Shown: positions 60,944-64,000 of the stretch, in pieces
How positions within the stretch are numbered: the stretch's first letter is position 1
Layout: each line of letters opens with the position of its first letter
Origin: Candidatus Latescibacterota bacterium
GTDB lineage: Bacteria > Latescibacterota > UBA2968
Assembly (NCBI GenBank): GCA_965207885.1
Contig: OZ242311.1
Location: 2,240,001 to 2,304,000 of the forward strand
Reading direction: 5' to 3'
Length of the DNA: 64,000 bases
Notes under the pieces: model-generated
Database searches by the model: none
Seen by the model: only the letters and a program-made list of their open reading frames with translations
What the model was told of the DNA's origin: nothing
Translations under genes and position numbers: made by a program

Positions 60944-61919
60944 CCGCCTACTACAAAACGGTAGATAATCAGTTATCTACTGGTACAACGGGCGGCGAGA
61001 CGACGATCTGGCAGGACCCCGGCACGGGGAGAACCGAGCAGATCCGTGTCAACTTGAGTATTAGATATGAGGATATCAAGGGAATTGAACTGGGTTTCCA
61101 GAAGCGATTCAGCAATAACTTCGCGTTTCAGACTTCCTTTAACGCGCAGTGGCTATCGGGAGGGCGTGCAGGGGGAGCAGGAGACCGGTTCTTCCCGGAT
61201 TCAACGTGGGTCGCCGCTGGAAATTACTGGCTTGGCTATGAGATTCGAAACGGGCAGGAGGTTCCAATTCCACTGACCCAGGATGAGCTCCGAGAAATCG
61301 GATCCAAAGCGAATCAACTCCTTCGCGACATCCAGGCAGGTGGTGGTCCCAGCAAGGGGGCGGCAGGACCGAATGAACATTTTCTGGCGGCTATTGAAAA
61401 GGAACCCGGCATCTGGGCTATCACTCCCATTCTTTCCGAGTTGAATATTGGCGGCATACGAGGCAGGGACAGAACGGCATTTGGGAGCGTGGCGTTTCTC
61501 TATCGAACGCCGAGCGATTGGGGTCCAATGGTTGGCGAAGCGGGTTTGTTCGGGAATATTCAGGCCAACATGATTTATCGCATGCAGACCGGCAGCCGGT
61601 TCGAATACTCGCTTCCAGAAGGTGGCGTGGAGGAACGAAATGAGCCACTTCGCACCTGGGTTGATTTGAATGCCCAAAAGACGTTCTACGGCCTGGGGGA
61701 CCGCTTCGATGTCACGTTGTTCGTCGAAACATACAATCTGTTCAATCAGAAAGATCGGCGGGTAAACAACTTCGATTATATTCAATGGGGTTTGAGAAGA
61801 CCCGTACCAACAGACCAGCTCTACAGGGATTTCGGAGATCCGAACGACAGGGCCTTTCTGGGCTCCCCAAGGCAGGTGCATTTGGGATTGAGACTCAGCT
61901 TCTAAGAGGATAAGACAAC

Positions 61920-64000
61920 ATGATTACTATAAAAAGAAGAAGCATCTTGTTTCTGCTTTTTCCATTGCTGGCGACCCTCTTGCTAACTTCGGAATTGTGG
62001 GCGCAGTCGAGTCCCTTCCAGAGGAAATTTCGACACATGACGCGGGGGAAGGTCTGGCATACGTACAGAAACGGACTCACAGGTCGGGTTCACCGACAGG
62101 TGATGAGGGATATAGCCGGTATGCAATATCCGGGTTCTATCATTCCGCTGGAACCCACCGAGTTTGAGCAATACTGGAGCTTTGTCAACTATCACTGGTT
62201 TCCGCGGTTTACCCGCCGATACGACACCTCTCGGGGCGAGGGTGTAATGATTCTAACAAGAGATCACGGCACCTCGGCAGTTGGCCCGAGTCAGGAAACC
62301 GAGGATATTCGGGAAAAGGTCTATGACATTGTCAATAGCCCGGAAAAAGATCTGGGATTTATGACCGCCTCCCACTTTACCGGGTTCAGCCCGATGTCCA
62401 ACTACTGGCCCGGAGCACCTCCAATTGTGGGTGAGCCTGTGGAAATCCACAACCACGACTATGGGCGGTATATCGGGGACGATTCTCAAGGTGAGGAAAT
62501 TCTCATCACGGCATGGTCCTCCAAAACGGGTATCAGTGTGTCGCAAAAAGCCTTTTCCTGGAGCTATCCCGACTTTGACGACTTCATCATTTACGAATAT
62601 ACTTTCCACAACAATGGAGACGCCAACGGAGATGGCCAGCCGGACCCGCCCGGTATGCCCGTGCAACTCAACGACGTCTATTTTGCGTTCGTAAACATCA
62701 TGACCATCTCTCAGGCGGGGTGCTTTATTTCAAGCCCGGGTGCGTGGTGGGTCGATTTCCCCGAATTGAGGGACGATTTCTACAGATACACCGGTGCAGC
62801 TAACTACGACGGTCCGGCCGAATACGCTGACCTGAAGCTCAGCTACCACTACGACGGGGACGCGCCTTCTACTTTGTGGAATGACGTTGGTGGACCCTAC
62901 GTTTCGGCGCGTCACCATTCACTGTTCAAAGGCACGGCGCGAGTCGATGGAGAACTGACAGACTTCCAGTACTTTGGGTTTGCCCCTCTGGATTATACCC
63001 CACCCTTTACAAACGATTCGGAAAACTACGTTGCGCCAAAAGTCGCGGATCAGCCGGTGTCGGTAAAGTGGTGGGAAATCTTCAGCAGAAATAACTACAC
63101 ATATCCGGATCCCAGTAATGATGGTGATGAGCAACTGTGGAATAAACTCGTCGAAGACCAGGGATTCCAATCCAATCCCACCGACATCGGTGATTACGCC
63201 CACAGTCAGACGTATGGACCATACGATATTGGTCCTGGTGAAAAAGTGAAAATCGTGGCGGTTTTTGCCGGGGGAACAGCTGCCGACGCCAAGGGTACGG
63301 GCATCATCGAATGGGCGCAAACGGGCAATCAAGACGAGGTTTCACTGGGCAGGGAGGCCCTCGTGGATCATGTGCGCCGTGCTCAATTCGCCTACGATAG
63401 CGGCTACGATCTGCCCGACCCGCCTCCGGATGTGCGATTTTCAGTGGGAAATAGCGAACGTGGGCGGGTTCTCCTCACATGGCCAGATGATGCCGATCGC
63501 GCGTTGGATCCAGACTATGGTCAGGCCGACGTAAGAGCCTACCGGGTCTATCGTACAGCGACCAAGGAAGCGGGGCCTTACAAGTTGCTGAAAGAGATTC
63601 CCGTAGGAGATGCCGCGCATTTGAGTGGCGGCATCTATTCCTTCGAGGATGAGACTTCCGCTCCCGGCTTCAACTACTGGTACTCGGTCCGCTCGGTCGA
63701 TTCCGGGCATTCATCCTGGACTAATAACGACGGTACCAAGACGCTTGCAGACCTGCCCGACAAGGTGCGGCAGAATGTCCAGAGTGGCATGGAAAGCGGA
63801 CATTCCTCGCCTGAGCAGCGGATGCAGGTCTTCACCAGTCCGAAGATCCCCGCAACGGATACCAAAGACAATTTCGGCGATGAAATCCTGGTTGTGCCCA
63901 ATCCCTATCGGGATGATGGCACACACAGGTATCCGGGATCCAGAAAGATTCGATTTACAAATATTCCCAGAAAGGCCCAGATCAAGATCTATTCTCCATC
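61920..64000 (+). CDS. Large secreted protein with an Fn3-like region and a T9SS-like C-terminal sorting domain, partial
   Basis: Absent from the ORF track because no stop falls in the window. GAGGA SD; signal peptide MITIKRRSILFLLF...LWA; DANGDGQPD loop; in-frame end ILVVPNPY...KIRFTNIPRKAQIKIYS. Confidence 0.85.
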   Translation, partial: MITIKRRSILFLLFPLLATLLLTSELWAQSSPFQRKFRHMTRGKVWHTYRNGLTGRVHRQVMRDIAGMQYPGSIIPLEPTEFEQYWSFVNYHWFPRFTRRYDTSRGEGVMILTRDHGTSAVGPSQETEDIREKVYDIVNSPEKDLGFMTASHFTGFSPMSNYWPGAPPIVGEPVEIHNHDYGRYIGDDSQGEEILITAWSSKTGISVSQKAFSWSYPDFDDFIIYEYTFHNNGDANGDGQPDPPGMPVQLNDVYFAFVNIMTISQAGCFISSPGAWWVDFPELRDDFYRYTGAANYDGPAEYADLKLSYHYDGDAPSTLWNDVGGPYVSARHHSLFKGTARVDGELTDFQYFGFAPLDYTPPFTNDSENYVAPKVADQPVSVKWWEIFSRNNYTYPDPSNDGDEQLWNKLVEDQGFQSNPTDIGDYAHSQTYGPYDIGPGEKVKIVAVFAGGTAADAKGTGIIEWAQTGNQDEVSLGREALVDHVRRAQFAYDSGYDLPDPPPDVRFSVGNSERGRVLLTWPDDADRALDPDYGQADVRAYRVYRTATKEAGPYKLLKEIPVGDAAHLSGGIYSFEDETSAPGFNYWYSVRSVDSGHSSWTNNDGTKTLADLPDKVRQNVQSGMESGHSSPEQRMQVFTSPKIPATDTKDNFGDEILVVPNPYRDDGTHRYPGSRKIRFTNIPRKAQIKIYSP

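Larger units (their letters stand above)
57645..61905 (+). pseudogene. TonB-dependent receptor interrupted by IS4 copy 2
   Basis: TTGKISG carboxypeptidase-regulatory-like domain, plug (YYIDGIP; TGGWEAEYGNAQAGIIN), SPRLG, ends ...GLRLSF. Removing the IS and one TSD gives 1017 aa (LTAYYKTVD). Confidence 0.93.

Overview
Bacterial chromosomal window. Its gene content suggests an FCB-group organism such as Latescibacterota (an inference from the DLDQDGDVDFNDFLIF-type C-terminal domain and a VVPNPY T9SS-like sorting tail). Five blocks: (1) 1-~6470, an AT-rich accessory island with an IS1595 transposase, a nested IS3 with a 3-bp TSD, many small phage-like ORFs, a superinfection-immunity protein, a HEPN protein and a candidate structured RNA. 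(2) 6548-18784, catabolic enzymes. (3) 18815-24543, a defence island with a convergent nuclease / HTH-MTase-TRD pair, a Mrr-like nuclease and layered toxin-antitoxin remnants ending in hicAB. (4) 24628-51979, DUF1800/DUF1501/NHL genes, a complete alternative complex III plus A2-type caa3 oxidase operon, a desaturase with a near-duplicate of the act promoter, and a surface repeat protein frameshifted by an 11-bp duplication. (5) 52213-64000, a sigma-54-controlled outer-membrane uptake locus: tandem-AAA+ activator, candidate enhancer, consensus -24/-12 promoter, atypical receiver, beta-barrel, TonB-dependent receptor and T9SS-like surface protein. Three independent IS insertions have hit this locus. 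No rRNA, tRNA or CRISPR array was seen. All calls come from reading motifs by eye; no searches were run.
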